Shown here in pieces: positions 1-9,513 of a stretch of 54,749 bases of DNA (position 1 is the first letter of the stretch; every line of letters starts with the position of its first letter). The stretch is from positions 1 through 54,749 of the forward strand of contig JAGWBF010000003.1 in the NCBI GenBank assembly GCA_021296025.1. Reading direction: 5' to 3'. The notes beneath the pieces are model-generated. The model saw only the letters and a program-made list of their open reading frames with translations. It had not been told where the DNA came from and ran no database searches. The position numbers and the translations under genes are program-made. This DNA is from Dehalococcoidia bacterium. Lineage in GTDB: Bacteria > Chloroflexota > Dehalococcoidia > Lucifugimonadales > JAGWBF01.

Positions 1-159
1 TATAGGCGCGATTATCTCCTCCGGCTCTGTCGCGGTCCAGGCACGGGCGGCATTCAGAGCTTGAGCCTTTCTATCCGCTTCAGAGTCCCCGCAACCAGAC
101 CCCATGAGAGCAATGGCCACTACGCAGGCTAGAATGACAGCTATGCGAGACTTGGTCAT
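1..159 (-). CDS. Partial CDS (N-terminus only, runs off the window): putative lipoprotein
   Basis: My own translation of the minus strand from ATG at 159: MTKSRIAVILACVVAIALMGSGCGDSEADRK... This is a hydrophobic signal peptide with a lipobox-like LMGSGC. It is open to position 1. Too short or truncated to appear in the ORF track. Confidence 0.35.
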   Translation of the reverse strand, partial: MTKSRIAVILACVVAIALMGSGCGDSEADRKAQALNAARAWTATEPEEIIAPI

Positions 160-249
160 ATTCAATATCCCCCGTCTGTAGTGCTTGAGGAGTGGAAACC
201 AAAGCGGCCGGAATAGTCGAGGGTCTTGCTTGGAGTAGGTGGTGTTCTC

Positions 250-324
250 TGGCTCCCCGGGCAGGATTCGAACCTGCGACCTAGCGGTTAACAGCCGCCC
301 GCTCTACCGCTGAGCTACCGGGGA
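250..324 (-). tRNA. tRNA-Asn (anticodon GUU), CCA encoded
   Basis: The minus-strand 75 nt folds as a cloverleaf. Acceptor UCCCCGG/CCGGGGA; D-arm GCUC-AGCGGUA-GAGC; anticodon arm GGCGG-CUGUUAA-CCGCU; T-arm GCAGG-UUCGAAU-CCUGC; discriminator G plus CCA. Confidence 0.9.
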
Positions 325-544
325 AAGAAGGGCCACGCCGGATGGCATGGCCACACTCAGATTCTACCACCCCAACCCACTGCTCTCAATCATCCGGCCC
401 GCCTCCAGGCACAGAATATACCCGTGTTTCTAGCGCATCACTGGGCCAAGGCAGGTTCCCGATTCCCGAGAACGACGAGGTAGTACAAGGAGCTGCTGGA
501 TGACGAGGGAAAACACTTAGGACGTGCAGGTTCCTGGCAGGCTG

Positions 545-1552
545 CTATGCCTTCAGGCGGGGAATGACGTCGCGGCCCATGGTCTCCAGCTGCTTCAGCA
601 CCCGGGCGTGCTCCATCCCCGGCCACTGCATGCGGAGGATCATATGGCTTACGCCCAGGTGATCCTCGTAGTGGCGCAGCTCCGACACTATGTCGTCGGG
701 GGTGCCGATGATGAACCGGTCGCGGGCCAGGTCCTCGAAGGGAACATGGAAGCTCTCGTTGCCTGGAAGGGCCTTATCCTGGCCCCACTGGGCATAGGCA
801 CGGTACTTGGGCTCCAGGTAGGGCTGGGCCTCGGCCATCGCCTGCTCCCTGGTTGCTGCGACGTACGCCTCCCGCATCATGGGGACCTGGGTCCCTCCGG
901 GCCCGCTGGTGGTGGAGGCGACCTCCCGATACCGGGCTAGCTGCTGGTCCACCATCGTGACTGTCGCATGGGGGTTCACCAGCCATGGGTAGCCCAGCTC
1001 TGCGGCCCGCATCACCGCCTTGTCGTGGTTGGCCGCCATCCAGATGGGCGGGTGAGGCTTCTGGGTCGGGGGGAAGCTGGGTGTAACGGGAGGGACCCGG
1101 TAGAACCTGCCCTCATACTCCATCCTGTCCTTTGTCCACAGGCCCTTCATGATCTCCAGGGATTCCAGCATGCGCGGGACCCGCTCTTCCCGCTTTATGC
1201 CAAAGGCGATGTACTCCTCTTCCCGGTATCCCAGGCCGATGCCAAATATAAACTTGCCCCCCGTCGCCGCATCCATGGTGGCCACGGACTCTGCCAAATC
1301 CACCGGGTTGTGCAGGGGTACCAAGATAACCGTGGCTGCCAGGTGCATATCCCCAGCTTCTGACGCCAGGCGGGCCAGCAGGGGGAAGGTTGCGGGCATC
1401 TGGTAGGGATCGGAAAGATAGTGCTGCCCGGCGCAGATGAGGTCGAATCTGGCGTCCCTGGCTGTGCCCACCTGCTCCAGGTTCTCCCGGATCCGGTCTG
1501 CTGCCGACTCGGCGGACAGGTACTGGTTGCCAACAAAGTATCCCAGCTTCAA
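545..1552 (-). CDS. LLM-class (luciferase-like) flavin/F420-dependent oxidoreductase
   Basis: 335-aa ORF. The N-terminal MKLGYF..., the block GGKFIFGIGLGYREEEY and the overall length are typical of bacterial luciferase-like monooxygenases. Confidence 0.85.
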   Translation of the reverse strand: MKLGYFVGNQYLSAESAADRIRENLEQVGTARDARFDLICAGQHYLSDPYQMPATFPLLARLASEAGDMHLAATVILVPLHNPVDLAESVATMDAATGGKFIFGIGLGYREEEYIAFGIKREERVPRMLESLEIMKGLWTKDRMEYEGRFYRVPPVTPSFPPTQKPHPPIWMAANHDKAVMRAAELGYPWLVNPHATVTMVDQQLARYREVASTTSGPGGTQVPMMREAYVAATREQAMAEAQPYLEPKYRAYAQWGQDKALPGNESFHVPFEDLARDRFIIGTPDDIVSELRHYEDHLGVSHMILRMQWPGMEHARVLKQLETMGRDVIPRLKA

Positions 1553-1584
1553 CTTCTTCTCCGTTTCCCGTCCAAGATGATGCG

Positions 1585-2760
1585 CTATGTAACGTAGCGG
1601 AGGGCCGACTCGGTCAGCACCTGGGCTGCAATGGGCAGCGAATCCTCATCTATGTCGAAGTGCTGGCTGTGGTGGGAAGCTGTGATTCCCCGGGCCTCGT
1701 TTCCGCAGCCGACAAGGAAGTAGCAGCCAGGGGCTTCCCTGAGAAAGTAGGTGGCATCATCTCCCACCTGGGGCGGCGAGATAGTAACCACGTTCTCCTC
1801 GCCGACAATGGGGGCGGCGACATCGGCCACCAGCCGGGCCACCCGGGGGTCGTTGATGACGGCGGGGGCGCCCTGGACATGCTCGAAACGGGCTTCGCCT
1901 CTCAGCCCGCGGGCGACGTTCACAGAGATCTCCTCTGCCCGCTTCAGGATGTGCGCCCTGACCGAATCGTCCAGGGTCCGCACGGTGCCGGTAAGCTGGA
2001 CCTCGTCGGACACCACGTTGAAAGCGGTGCCGCCGTGTATGGTGCCGAAGCCTAAGACAGCGGCCTGGGAGGGCTGCACCTCGCGGCTCAGCACAGACTG
2101 CAGGGCGGTTACCACATGGCAGCTAATCAGGATGGGATCGACGGCAAGGTGGGGCATTCCCCCATGTCCTCCCTTGCCCTCCACGGATATCTTGATCTCA
2201 TCGGCGCTGGAGAAAATGGGTCCCGCCTGCGATGTTACCTTCCCCACGGGGAGACCGCTCCACAAATGGAAGCTGAGGACGTTGTCCACCGGCGGGTCCT
2301 TCATGACTCCCGCCTCGATCATGGGCAAGGCTCCGCTCATGATCTCTTCGGCAGGCTGGAAGACTAGCTTTACGTTGCCCTTGATGGACTCTTGGCGGGA
2401 GCTGAGCAGTTCGGCAACCACCATCCCAACGGCGGTGTGCCCGTCGTGTCCGCAGGCATGCATCACGCCATCCACCTGGGAGGTGTAGTCCCGGTCTCTC
2501 GGTTCCTGGATGGGAAGGGCATCGATGTCCACCCGGAGGAGCACCGTGGGCCCCGGCGAAGCTCCCTTTAGCAGGCCCACCACCCCGGTGTCGGCGACTC
2601 CCCGCGTGACCTCCCATCCCACATCTTCGAGGTAGTTGGCGGCGATGTCTGCGGTCCTGTGCTCCTGAAAGGAAAGCTCCGGGTGCCTGTGAAAGTCCCG
2701 ACGGAGCTCGATCAGTTTGTCCTTGAGGCGGGCTACTTCATATCCAATATCGTCTGCCAC
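1585..2760 (-). CDS. M20 family amidohydrolase (N-acyl-amino-acid / hippurate hydrolase-like)
   Basis: 391 aa. Motifs FHRHPELSFQE, MHACGHDGH and GGHG are characteristic of the M20D peptidase/amidohydrolase family. Confidence 0.85.
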   Translation of the reverse strand: MADDIGYEVARLKDKLIELRRDFHRHPELSFQEHRTADIAANYLEDVGWEVTRGVADTGVVGLLKGASPGPTVLLRVDIDALPIQEPRDRDYTSQVDGVMHACGHDGHTAVGMVVAELLSSRQESIKGNVKLVFQPAEEIMSGALPMIEAGVMKDPPVDNVLSFHLWSGLPVGKVTSQAGPIFSSADEIKISVEGKGGHGGMPHLAVDPILISCHVVTALQSVLSREVQPSQAAVLGFGTIHGGTAFNVVSDEVQLTGTVRTLDDSVRAHILKRAEEISVNVARGLRGEARFEHVQGAPAVINDPRVARLVADVAAPIVGEENVVTISPPQVGDDATYFLREAPGCYFLVGCGNEARGITASHHSQHFDIDEDSLPIAAQVLTESALRYVT

Positions 2761-2863
2761 CCTCGCCTCCGTTCGGCTGCGAATTCGTTTCTGGCGGGTA
2801 TTCTATCACAGCGATAACCCGCCCTTGTGTCGCTAGTTGCCCGATACTATACTAGCTACCTGT

Positions 2864-3529
2864 ATGGAAGAGCAGCATCTAGATGAAGAGCTTGCGGAGC
2901 TCAGCCTCTTTCCCCTGAACGTCGTCCTGTTCCCCGGTATGCCCATGCCCCTGCGCATCTTCGAGGAGCGGTACAAGCTGATGATCAACCAGTGTATCGA
3001 CAACTCGGAGGTGTTCGGCATCATGCTCATCCGCGAGGGCCCGGAGGTTGGCGGTGGCGCGGTCCCCCATGCCATTGGCACCACCTGCCGGATCACCGAG
3101 GTCGAGCGCCTGGAAGATGGCAGGATGAACCTGTCCACCACCGGTGAGAAGCGCTTCCAGCTGGTCGAGCCCCTGTACGATGCGCCCTATCTAAGGGGCA
3201 AGGTGAGGTATCTACCCGAAGGGGTGGGTGAGACCCAGGAAGGTGTACAGGAGGAAGCCCACCACCTATTTACGGAATTCATCCGGGGCCTTGCCGGACT
3301 GCGGGGAGGGTGGATGAGCGGCGCCGATGCCCCAGACGACCCCGGCGTGCTTTCTTACTCCATCGCCCACTACCTCGACCTACCGGTCATTGCCAAGCAG
3401 CGCCTCCTGGAGGTGCCCCAGACGGGTGAGCGTCTCAAGTATGAGATACCCCTGCTCCAGGGAGCGGTCCAGCGCCTCAAGGAAGAGACGGTCAAACGGA
3501 ACCCCTACCAGGGACCTCGCCTGAACTAA
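2864..3529 (+). CDS. LON substrate-binding (Lon N-terminal) domain protein
   Basis: LFPLNVVLFPGMPMPLRIFEERYKLMI is the hallmark start of the LON_substr_bdg domain. I prefer the ATG at 2864 over the TTG at 2837 that immediately follows a stop. Confidence 0.8.
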   Translation: MEEQHLDEELAELSLFPLNVVLFPGMPMPLRIFEERYKLMINQCIDNSEVFGIMLIREGPEVGGGAVPHAIGTTCRITEVERLEDGRMNLSTTGEKRFQLVEPLYDAPYLRGKVRYLPEGVGETQEGVQEEAHHLFTEFIRGLAGLRGGWMSGADAPDDPGVLSYSIAHYLDLPVIAKQRLLEVPQTGERLKYEIPLLQGAVQRLKEETVKRNPYQGPRLN

Positions 3530-3599
3530 CTGCCCCTTCAGGGATGCCACCACCTCTTCCCGCCCCTCAACTCCGCCCGAACTTTGGATTGAATGGAAG

Positions 3600-4517
3600 C
3601 TAGTACCCCTCGTAGCGAACCATAGCCTCGGCCGCCGGCTCCCCATCGAAAAGATCGGGATGGAGCGCCCGCGCTAGAATGTCCACGCCGTCAACCAACC
3701 GAGGACCTGAGCGGGTGAAGTAGGCGTTTGAGTTTCCCACAAAGACCTGTCCGCATTGCGTGGCCGACAAGGAACTCCAGCCTGGCAGCTCCGTCAGCAG
3801 GGACATCTCGTCCATCCCCCTGTCAACGTCGAAACCACAAGGCGCGACGAGCAGAACATCGGGGTCCTGGGCCACTACCTCATCCCAGTCGGTCCTGCGG
3901 GAGGGACGCCCAGCCCTTCCCAGGCAATCGACTCCGCCGGCTGCTTCTATCATCTCCGGCACCCAGTGACCGGCGTATATCAGCGGCTGAAGCCACTCCA
4001 GGCAGGCCACCCGTTTCAATTTGGCCTGCCCGGTCTTACTCCTTACCTCATCGATCCGACTTTTCATCCCGTCCACCAGTTCTACTGCCGCATCTTCACA
4101 CCCGGCCGCAGCGCCGACGCGCATGACATCATCGAATACATCCTGGAGACATGTAGGGTCCAGGGTGATGATGGTTGGATCTCTCTTCAGATATCTACAG
4201 GCCTCGGCAACCTGCCGGGCGGTGACCGCTCACTCTTCGCAAAGGGCTTGGGTCAGTATGATGTCCGGCTCCGCTTCCCTGAGCACATCCTTGTCTATCT
4301 CATATATGCCCTTGCCCTGGACCAAGCGTTCCCGGATCCACCGGTCTATCTCCCCGCTGCCGGCCGTCCCGTTGTCCAGGGTGCTATAGACCACCTTGGG
4401 GACATCCAGGGCCGCCGCCGGATAGTCGCATTCGTGGCTCACTCCATAGAGACTATCTCCCAGACCGAGGGCGTACACCATCTCGGTGGCCCCGGGAACG
4501 AAGGAACAGATTCGCAT
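3600..4517 (-). CDS. Cytoplasmic periplasmic-binding-protein-fold (BtuF/cobalamin-siderophore type) protein with an in-frame TGA at 4230-4232; candidate selenoprotein (C-E-E-U) or pseudogene
   Basis: ORFs 4230..4532 and 3600..4124 are in the same frame and separated only by one TGA. My read-through translation is ...DIILTQALCEE-[TGA]-AVTARQVAEACRYLKRDPTIITLDPTCLQDVFDDVMRVGAAAG... From memory, family members carry L-C-x-V-C-A-V at this point, so the TGA sits on the second Cys. There is no signal peptide. Start taken at ATG 4517 (MRICSFVPGATEM). Confidence 0.6.
4201..4220 (-). promoter_or_regulatory. SECIS-like hairpin 9 nt downstream of the in-frame UGA
   Basis: Minus-strand RNA GCCCGGCA-GGU-UGCCGAGGC forms an 8-bp stem with one bulged A. 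The apical loop contains GGU, or AGGUU if the closing A-U pair opens. Confidence 0.4.
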
Positions 4518-4679
4518 GAGCACATCCCCCAAGCACAGTTGTCGTGTCCAGGAGCATTATGCCAAGAAGGTCAACTAACGTACAGAACAGACCTTCGAGC
4601 TGCGTTGTGCCAGGAATACTCCCATGATATATTGACGCCACCGACGCCGAGACACGAGCCAGGCACAAAAGGGAACGAC

Positions 4680-5891
4680 ATGGTGCAAGCTCAGGATATA
4701 AGGAACATGAAGCTGGTCTCCCACCATGATCTTGGCGGGTACGGCAACGTCGGCGAGGGAATCGCCATCCACCAGTACCCCGGCGGGCAGCGCCTCCTCT
4801 TCCTGGCCCACGAAAGCTCCCCCAAGGATGTTACGGTGGTGGACGTCACCGACGTCGCCAACCCCAGGGTGGTGAACCAGACGGAGTTGCCCCACCGGGA
4901 GATGCGCTCCAACTCCCTGGCGGCCGTGGGCGACATCCTGTACGTCGCCTACCAGGTGGCCAGGCCGGGAATGAAGCCCGCAGGCATGGGCATTTACGAC
5001 ATCAGCAAACCTGGCGAGCTCCGGCAGATCAGCTTCTTCGACACTTCCGGGCCCGGCTCCAGGGGTGTGCATTGCTTGTGGTGCGTGGACGGGCGCTACG
5101 CCTACTTGAGCACCGGCAGCAGCGACCTCAATCCCCGAAATCCCAAGGACGACCAGTTCTACATGTGCGTGGATGTGAGCGACCCCGCCCAGCCTCAGGA
5201 GGTCGGGCGATGGTGGCTGCCGGGAACCATGGACAGCGATGAGGAAGACCCGCCGGAGAGGCATCCCCACTTCGACACCGGCTTTCGCCTTCACAACGCC
5301 AACGTTTACCCACAGAGACCCGACCGGGCCTACCTGGGATACATAGACGCCGGATTCATCACCCTGGACATATCGGACATGGCCAAGCCAAAAGTGGTCA
5401 ACCATGTGGACTACCACCCACCCCTCATCGGCTTCACCCACACGGTGGTCCCCCTGTTCCAAAGGGAGCTGCTGGTGGTCAGCGAGGAAGCTATTACCCA
5501 GGATGGGTGTGCCGACTGGCCCAAGCTCGTGTGGATCGTTGATGTCAGCGTCGAGTCGAACCCTGTGATGCTCAGCACCTTGCCGATGCACAAGGAAACC
5601 TACGAGAACCTGCCGGGCCGCTACGGCGCCCACAACATTCACGAGAACCAGCCCGTGCCGACATCCCACATCGACGAGAACATCGTTTATGGCACCTACT
5701 TCAACGGAGGAATCCGTGTGCACGACATCTCCGACCCCTTCAGACCCGAAGAGGTGGCCTACTTTGTGCCGCCCGTGCCTGAGGGTGCCCCAGCCAACGG
5801 GGTCAACGATGTGTACGTGGACGAAAATCAGCTGATCTATACGGTGGACCGCATCGCGGGCGGGCTGTACATCTTGGAGCCCGACTTCTAG
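4680..5891 (+). CDS. LVIVD-repeat beta-propeller protein
   Basis: Only the C-terminal 403 aa of the 711-aa track ORF look real. The upstream part is antisense to the binding-protein gene. Repeated hydrophobic-D-(I/V)-(S/T)-D/xxP units: VTVVDVTDVANP, MGIYDISKPG, FITLDISDMAKP, VWIVDVSVESNP, IRVHDISDPFRP. Confidence 0.7.
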   Translation: MVQAQDIRNMKLVSHHDLGGYGNVGEGIAIHQYPGGQRLLFLAHESSPKDVTVVDVTDVANPRVVNQTELPHREMRSNSLAAVGDILYVAYQVARPGMKPAGMGIYDISKPGELRQISFFDTSGPGSRGVHCLWCVDGRYAYLSTGSSDLNPRNPKDDQFYMCVDVSDPAQPQEVGRWWLPGTMDSDEEDPPERHPHFDTGFRLHNANVYPQRPDRAYLGYIDAGFITLDISDMAKPKVVNHVDYHPPLIGFTHTVVPLFQRELLVVSEEAITQDGCADWPKLVWIVDVSVESNPVMLSTLPMHKETYENLPGRYGAHNIHENQPVPTSHIDENIVYGTYFNGGIRVHDISDPFRPEEVAYFVPPVPEGAPANGVNDVYVDENQLIYTVDRIAGGLYILEPDF

Positions 5892-5966
5892 ACTGTAAGA
5901 CAGAACTTGTGCGGTCTTATGTAAATCCGCTCTACACAGAAATCTTATGGTTTACGGGAGGATGAC

Positions 5967-6869
5967 ATGGTAATGACCAAAGTTAGGGTTGCGGTGATGA
6001 ACGCAATCCACGACCTGCCGGTTTTGGTGGCCAACGATGAGGGTTTCTTCAGGGATGAAGGCCTTGACCTGGAGGTGGTCACCACCCCCGGCATCGCCCA
6101 GGCGTCCGCCGATCACCGGGCTATGCGGGACCTGATATTCGACCGCACCATGGAAGCCATGTACAACGATGGCGACGTCAACCAGTTCCGCATGTGCGAG
6201 TGGGGCGTGATGAAGCGGGTAGTGGAAGCTGAGGAGTGCGGTCAGCGTCCCCAGAAAATAGTCGCCCTGGGGGCCGCAATGACCACTTTCGCCATCTTCG
6301 TTGCTCCCGACTCGGGCCTCTACGAGCCCGAGCAGCTCAAGGACAAGCCCATAGCCGTCAGCCCGTGGAACGGCTCCAACTTCACCACCCTGAAGATGAT
6401 GGACGGCTTTCTCCAAAGGGAGAACATTCGCATAACCAACGCGGGTACCATGCTCGAACGCCTCGACGCCCTGAAGCGGGGGGACATAGCTGGCGCCACC
6501 TTCATGGAGCCCTGGATCAGCATCGCCCAGAAAGAAGGCTTCCGCATCCTCATCGAGAGCCACTCCAGCAGGAGCGAAGGGGCTGCCGACGACCTGGACG
6601 GGCCAACCCTGGCTGCCATGTTCCGTGCCCAAGCCAGGGCCGCCGACGTTCTCAATGAAGACCCCACGCCCTTCCTGCACTACCTGGTCAGTGAAGGCCA
6701 GGGGCGGGTCGAAGAGAAGGATATCCAGAGCTGGCGCCTGCTGCACGCCCATCCCAAGCCCTACACCCAGGAGCGGTTCGAAGATACCTACAACTGGATG
6801 CTTAGCTGGGGCCTCACCTCACCCGGCGCCACCTACGAGTCGGCCGTGGACAACCGGGCCTGGGAGTGA
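5967..6869 (+). CDS. NMT1/THI5-like (nitrate/sulfonate/bicarbonate-type) substrate-binding-fold protein, no signal peptide
   Basis: 300 aa with the N-terminal pattern VRVAVMNAIHDLPVLVANDEGFFRDEGLDLEVV, typical of the SsuA/NMT1 fold. A GGGAGGA RBS lies 6 nt upstream of the ATG. Confidence 0.7.
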   Translation: MVMTKVRVAVMNAIHDLPVLVANDEGFFRDEGLDLEVVTTPGIAQASADHRAMRDLIFDRTMEAMYNDGDVNQFRMCEWGVMKRVVEAEECGQRPQKIVALGAAMTTFAIFVAPDSGLYEPEQLKDKPIAVSPWNGSNFTTLKMMDGFLQRENIRITNAGTMLERLDALKRGDIAGATFMEPWISIAQKEGFRILIESHSSRSEGAADDLDGPTLAAMFRAQARAADVLNEDPTPFLHYLVSEGQGRVEEKDIQSWRLLHAHPKPYTQERFEDTYNWMLSWGLTSPGATYESAVDNRAWE

Positions 6870-6882
6870 TAGGGACTCTCCT

Positions 6883-8328
6883 TTAGATCTTGTGTCCGTG
6901 GGGAGCATAGGCTGATACGTTGGGATTACCTGGCAGGAACTCACCTCGTCCCCGCCTTCCCACTAGCTGACCATCCTCGACGATCACGCTGCCCCGCTGC
7001 ATGGTGAGCTCGGGCATCCCAAGCAGGCGGAACCCCTCGAAGCTGGAGAAGTCCGTGTTGCCGTGCTGCTGCTCCACGACGTGGGTCTTCCCGGGATCCC
7101 AAATCACGAGGTCCCCATCGGAACCCACCTGCAGCGTGCCCTTCTGAGGATATAGCCCAAATATCTTGGCCGGGTTCTCACAGAACACCTGCACCAGCCT
7201 GGGCAAGGTGATTCGGCCCTGGTTGACGCCGTAGCTCCACACAACCGGAACCATGAACTCGATGGTGTTCAGCCCGTAGCGTGCTTCGAATATGTTCTCC
7301 CCGGAGGCGTTGGGGTCTTCAAGGGCGATATCGGCCCTGGCTCCCCCCGTCATCTTCTGCATCTTGGTGAACCCTCCCGAATCGCTGGCGATCACATCTA
7401 TGTGCCCGTCAGCCAGCGCTTGCCAGAGGGCGTCGCAGTCCTCCTTCTCCCGAAGGGGCGGGCCTACCTTTGCCAGCGGGCCCTTGGCGAGGATTTCGTC
7501 GTTGGTCAGGGTCAGGTAGTGGGGGCAGGACTCGGTGAACAGGGGCATCCCCTCTTCACGGAACCGCTTGACCAGGGGGATGGACTCCTTGGCGCTCAGG
7601 TGTACAGGGTACAGAGGGGAACCTACTATTTTCGAGAACACCGCTACCCGGTTCAGCGCTTCGGCCTCGAGTATGTTGGGCTGGGCAGGCAGAAAGTACT
7701 CCCCGGACACCTTGCCCTCCGCAGCAAACTTGTCGGTCAGGTAGTCGATGCAGCAGCCGTTTTCCGCATGGACCATGGCGAGGGCGCCATCCTTGGCTGC
7801 CTGGTCCATCACCTGGATGATGGCGTCGTCCGACAGCATCATTCCCCGACGGCTGTAAGACATGAAAAACTTAAAGGAGATCACACCCAGCCTCACCAGC
7901 TCAGGCACCGACTTGCGCAGGGTGTCTTCATCGGCGGCAACGTAGGTGCCGTGGACGGAATAGTCCAGGTAAGACAGCTTCTGGGCATCGTCGATGAAAT
8001 TCCTTATCACGTCCGTCGTGTATCCGCCGAACCCCCAGGCGGGAACGTTTCCTACGAAGGCTACGACGGTGGTGATGCCCCCGAAGGCAGCGGTGATGGA
8101 GTAGGTATCCATCTTGTCCGAATAGACGGGATGGCAGTGGGAGTCGATGGCCCCCGGCAGAACGTACTTGCCCGTCGCATCTATAGTTCGCACAGCCTCC
8201 CTCTGGGAGAGGTCGTCCTGGATGTCCAGGATTTTGCCATTGCCGATCAGAACATCTCCCCTGCTGATACCCTGGCCACTCACCAGTAGCCCACCCTTTA
8301 CAAGGACGTCAGGTCGCTGCTCAACCAT
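6883..8328 (-). CDS. Cyclic amidohydrolase (D-hydantoinase / dihydropyrimidinase-like)
   Basis: 481 aa. The N-terminal beta-sandwich (VLVKGGLLVSG...GDVLIGNGKI), the metal-binding DSHCH and the overall length match the hydantoinase/dihydropyrimidinase family. Confidence 0.85.
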   Translation of the reverse strand: MVEQRPDVLVKGGLLVSGQGISRGDVLIGNGKILDIQDDLSQREAVRTIDATGKYVLPGAIDSHCHPVYSDKMDTYSITAAFGGITTVVAFVGNVPAWGFGGYTTDVIRNFIDDAQKLSYLDYSVHGTYVAADEDTLRKSVPELVRLGVISFKFFMSYSRRGMMLSDDAIIQVMDQAAKDGALAMVHAENGCCIDYLTDKFAAEGKVSGEYFLPAQPNILEAEALNRVAVFSKIVGSPLYPVHLSAKESIPLVKRFREEGMPLFTESCPHYLTLTNDEILAKGPLAKVGPPLREKEDCDALWQALADGHIDVIASDSGGFTKMQKMTGGARADIALEDPNASGENIFEARYGLNTIEFMVPVVWSYGVNQGRITLPRLVQVFCENPAKIFGLYPQKGTLQVGSDGDLVIWDPGKTHVVEQQHGNTDFSSFEGFRLLGMPELTMQRGSVIVEDGQLVGRRGRGEFLPGNPNVSAYAPHGHKI

Positions 8329-8521
8329 GCCACTCCCCTTCCAGTTTCTCGTCCGATCGACACGACGGTTCGCCCCACGTCTCCCGGCAAAGGTATATTA
8401 CTATCGCCCCAAGACAGCGTCAAAATCCCCGTCGCACGTTGACGCTCCAACTATGCTCTACTACACTCAGCCAACTGGGGAACCAGGAAAAGGCCCCCGA
8501 AGACACCCCAAGGAGCGCTTT

Positions 8522-9499
8522 GTGAAAGCTGTAGTCATCCACGAACTGGGCTCGTCGGATGTGCTCAAGTATGAGGATATGCCGGACCCTCAGATCAGGC
8601 CAAGGCAGGTGCTTGTCCGCATCAAGGCCGCTTCCATCAACCGGGGCGACCTGGGCCGGCGTGAAGGGACCTACCGGGGCGCAACCGCGGGAGCAGCCCT
8701 GCCCCTAGTGCTTGGGTGGGATGTCGCAGGCGAGATCCTGGAGGTAGGCCAAGAGGTGGAAGGGCGCCACGTGGGCCAGAGGGTGGTGGCTACCCTTGCC
8801 CAGGGGGGCTACGCAGAGCTGGCAGCAGTGAACGTGGCAGGCACGGTGCCCATACCGGACAGCCTTTCCTATGAAGAGGCGGCAAGCATACCCATAGCTT
8901 TCCTCACCGCATGGTTTGCGTTGCTGAAGATTGGTGAACTCCAGGACGGAGAGGTAGCCTTAATCCAGTCCGGAGGCTCCGGCGTGGGCATGGCAGCCAT
9001 CCAGATCGCCAAGCACGCGGGAGCCACGGTAATTACCACCAGCGGGACTGAGGATAAGCTGCAACGCTGCCGAGAGATGGGGGCGGACCTCGCAATCAAC
9101 TACAGGCAAGGCGATGTTCCGGCAGAGGTATCCAGTTTTACCGCCGGTTCAGGAGTGAACTACGTCCTGGAATCGGTAGGTGGCGAGACCTTCTCTAACA
9201 GCCTCAAGTGTCTTGCAGCCGGTGGTCGCCTGGTGACCGTGGGCAACACTTCCCAATCGACCTCCCCGGTTGATGCGGGAATGCTTGTTCAGAGGGGTCT
9301 TAGAATAATCGGCTTCTCCCTGTCCACTCAAATGGGAAGGGGAGGCGTCATGGGCGAGTTATACCGCATCTTGGAGCTGTTCGAGCAGGGCGCGCTGAGG
9401 ACAGCAGTGGACAGGGTGTTTCCTCTGAAAGAGGCTTCCGAGGCCCATCGCTACATGGCTGACAACCGGAACTTCGGTAAGGTGCTCCTGGTCCCCTGA
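8522..9499 (+). CDS. NADPH:quinone oxidoreductase / zeta-crystallin-like MDR family
   Basis: VKAVVIHELGSSDVLKYEDMPDPQIRPRQVLVRIKAASINRGD plus the GGSGVGMAAIQIAK Rossmann motif. I prefer the GTG start at 8522. The longer track ORF (from 8147) overlaps the divergent hydantoinase gene. Confidence 0.85.
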   Translation: MKAVVIHELGSSDVLKYEDMPDPQIRPRQVLVRIKAASINRGDLGRREGTYRGATAGAALPLVLGWDVAGEILEVGQEVEGRHVGQRVVATLAQGGYAELAAVNVAGTVPIPDSLSYEEAASIPIAFLTAWFALLKIGELQDGEVALIQSGGSGVGMAAIQIAKHAGATVITTSGTEDKLQRCREMGADLAINYRQGDVPAEVSSFTAGSGVNYVLESVGGETFSNSLKCLAAGGRLVTVGNTSQSTSPVDAGMLVQRGLRIIGFSLSTQMGRGGVMGELYRILELFEQGALRTAVDRVFPLKEASEAHRYMADNRNFGKVLLVP

Positions 9500-9513
9500 A
9501 CCGCCGCAGCCGG

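Noticed and set aside
3756-4679. N-terminal 308 aa of the 711-aa plus-strand track ORF (3756..5891).
   Set aside because: It runs antisense to the well-supported BtuF-like gene, has a low-complexity Pro/Arg/Gly-rich composition and shows no family resemblance. Only the part from ATG 4680 (LVIVD repeats) looks real. Long antisense ORFs are expected at this GC content.
8147-8521. Long N-terminal extensions of track ORFs (8147 for qor, 16113 for DUF255, 12226 for the hydrolase, 18535 for icd, 40013 for nuoB, 42913 for rluD, 43947 for ltaE, 25745 for sdhB).
   Set aside because: The extensions overlap neighbouring genes or divergent intergenic DNA and lack homology. Internal starts with an RBS or stop-start coupling give products that begin where the families normally begin.
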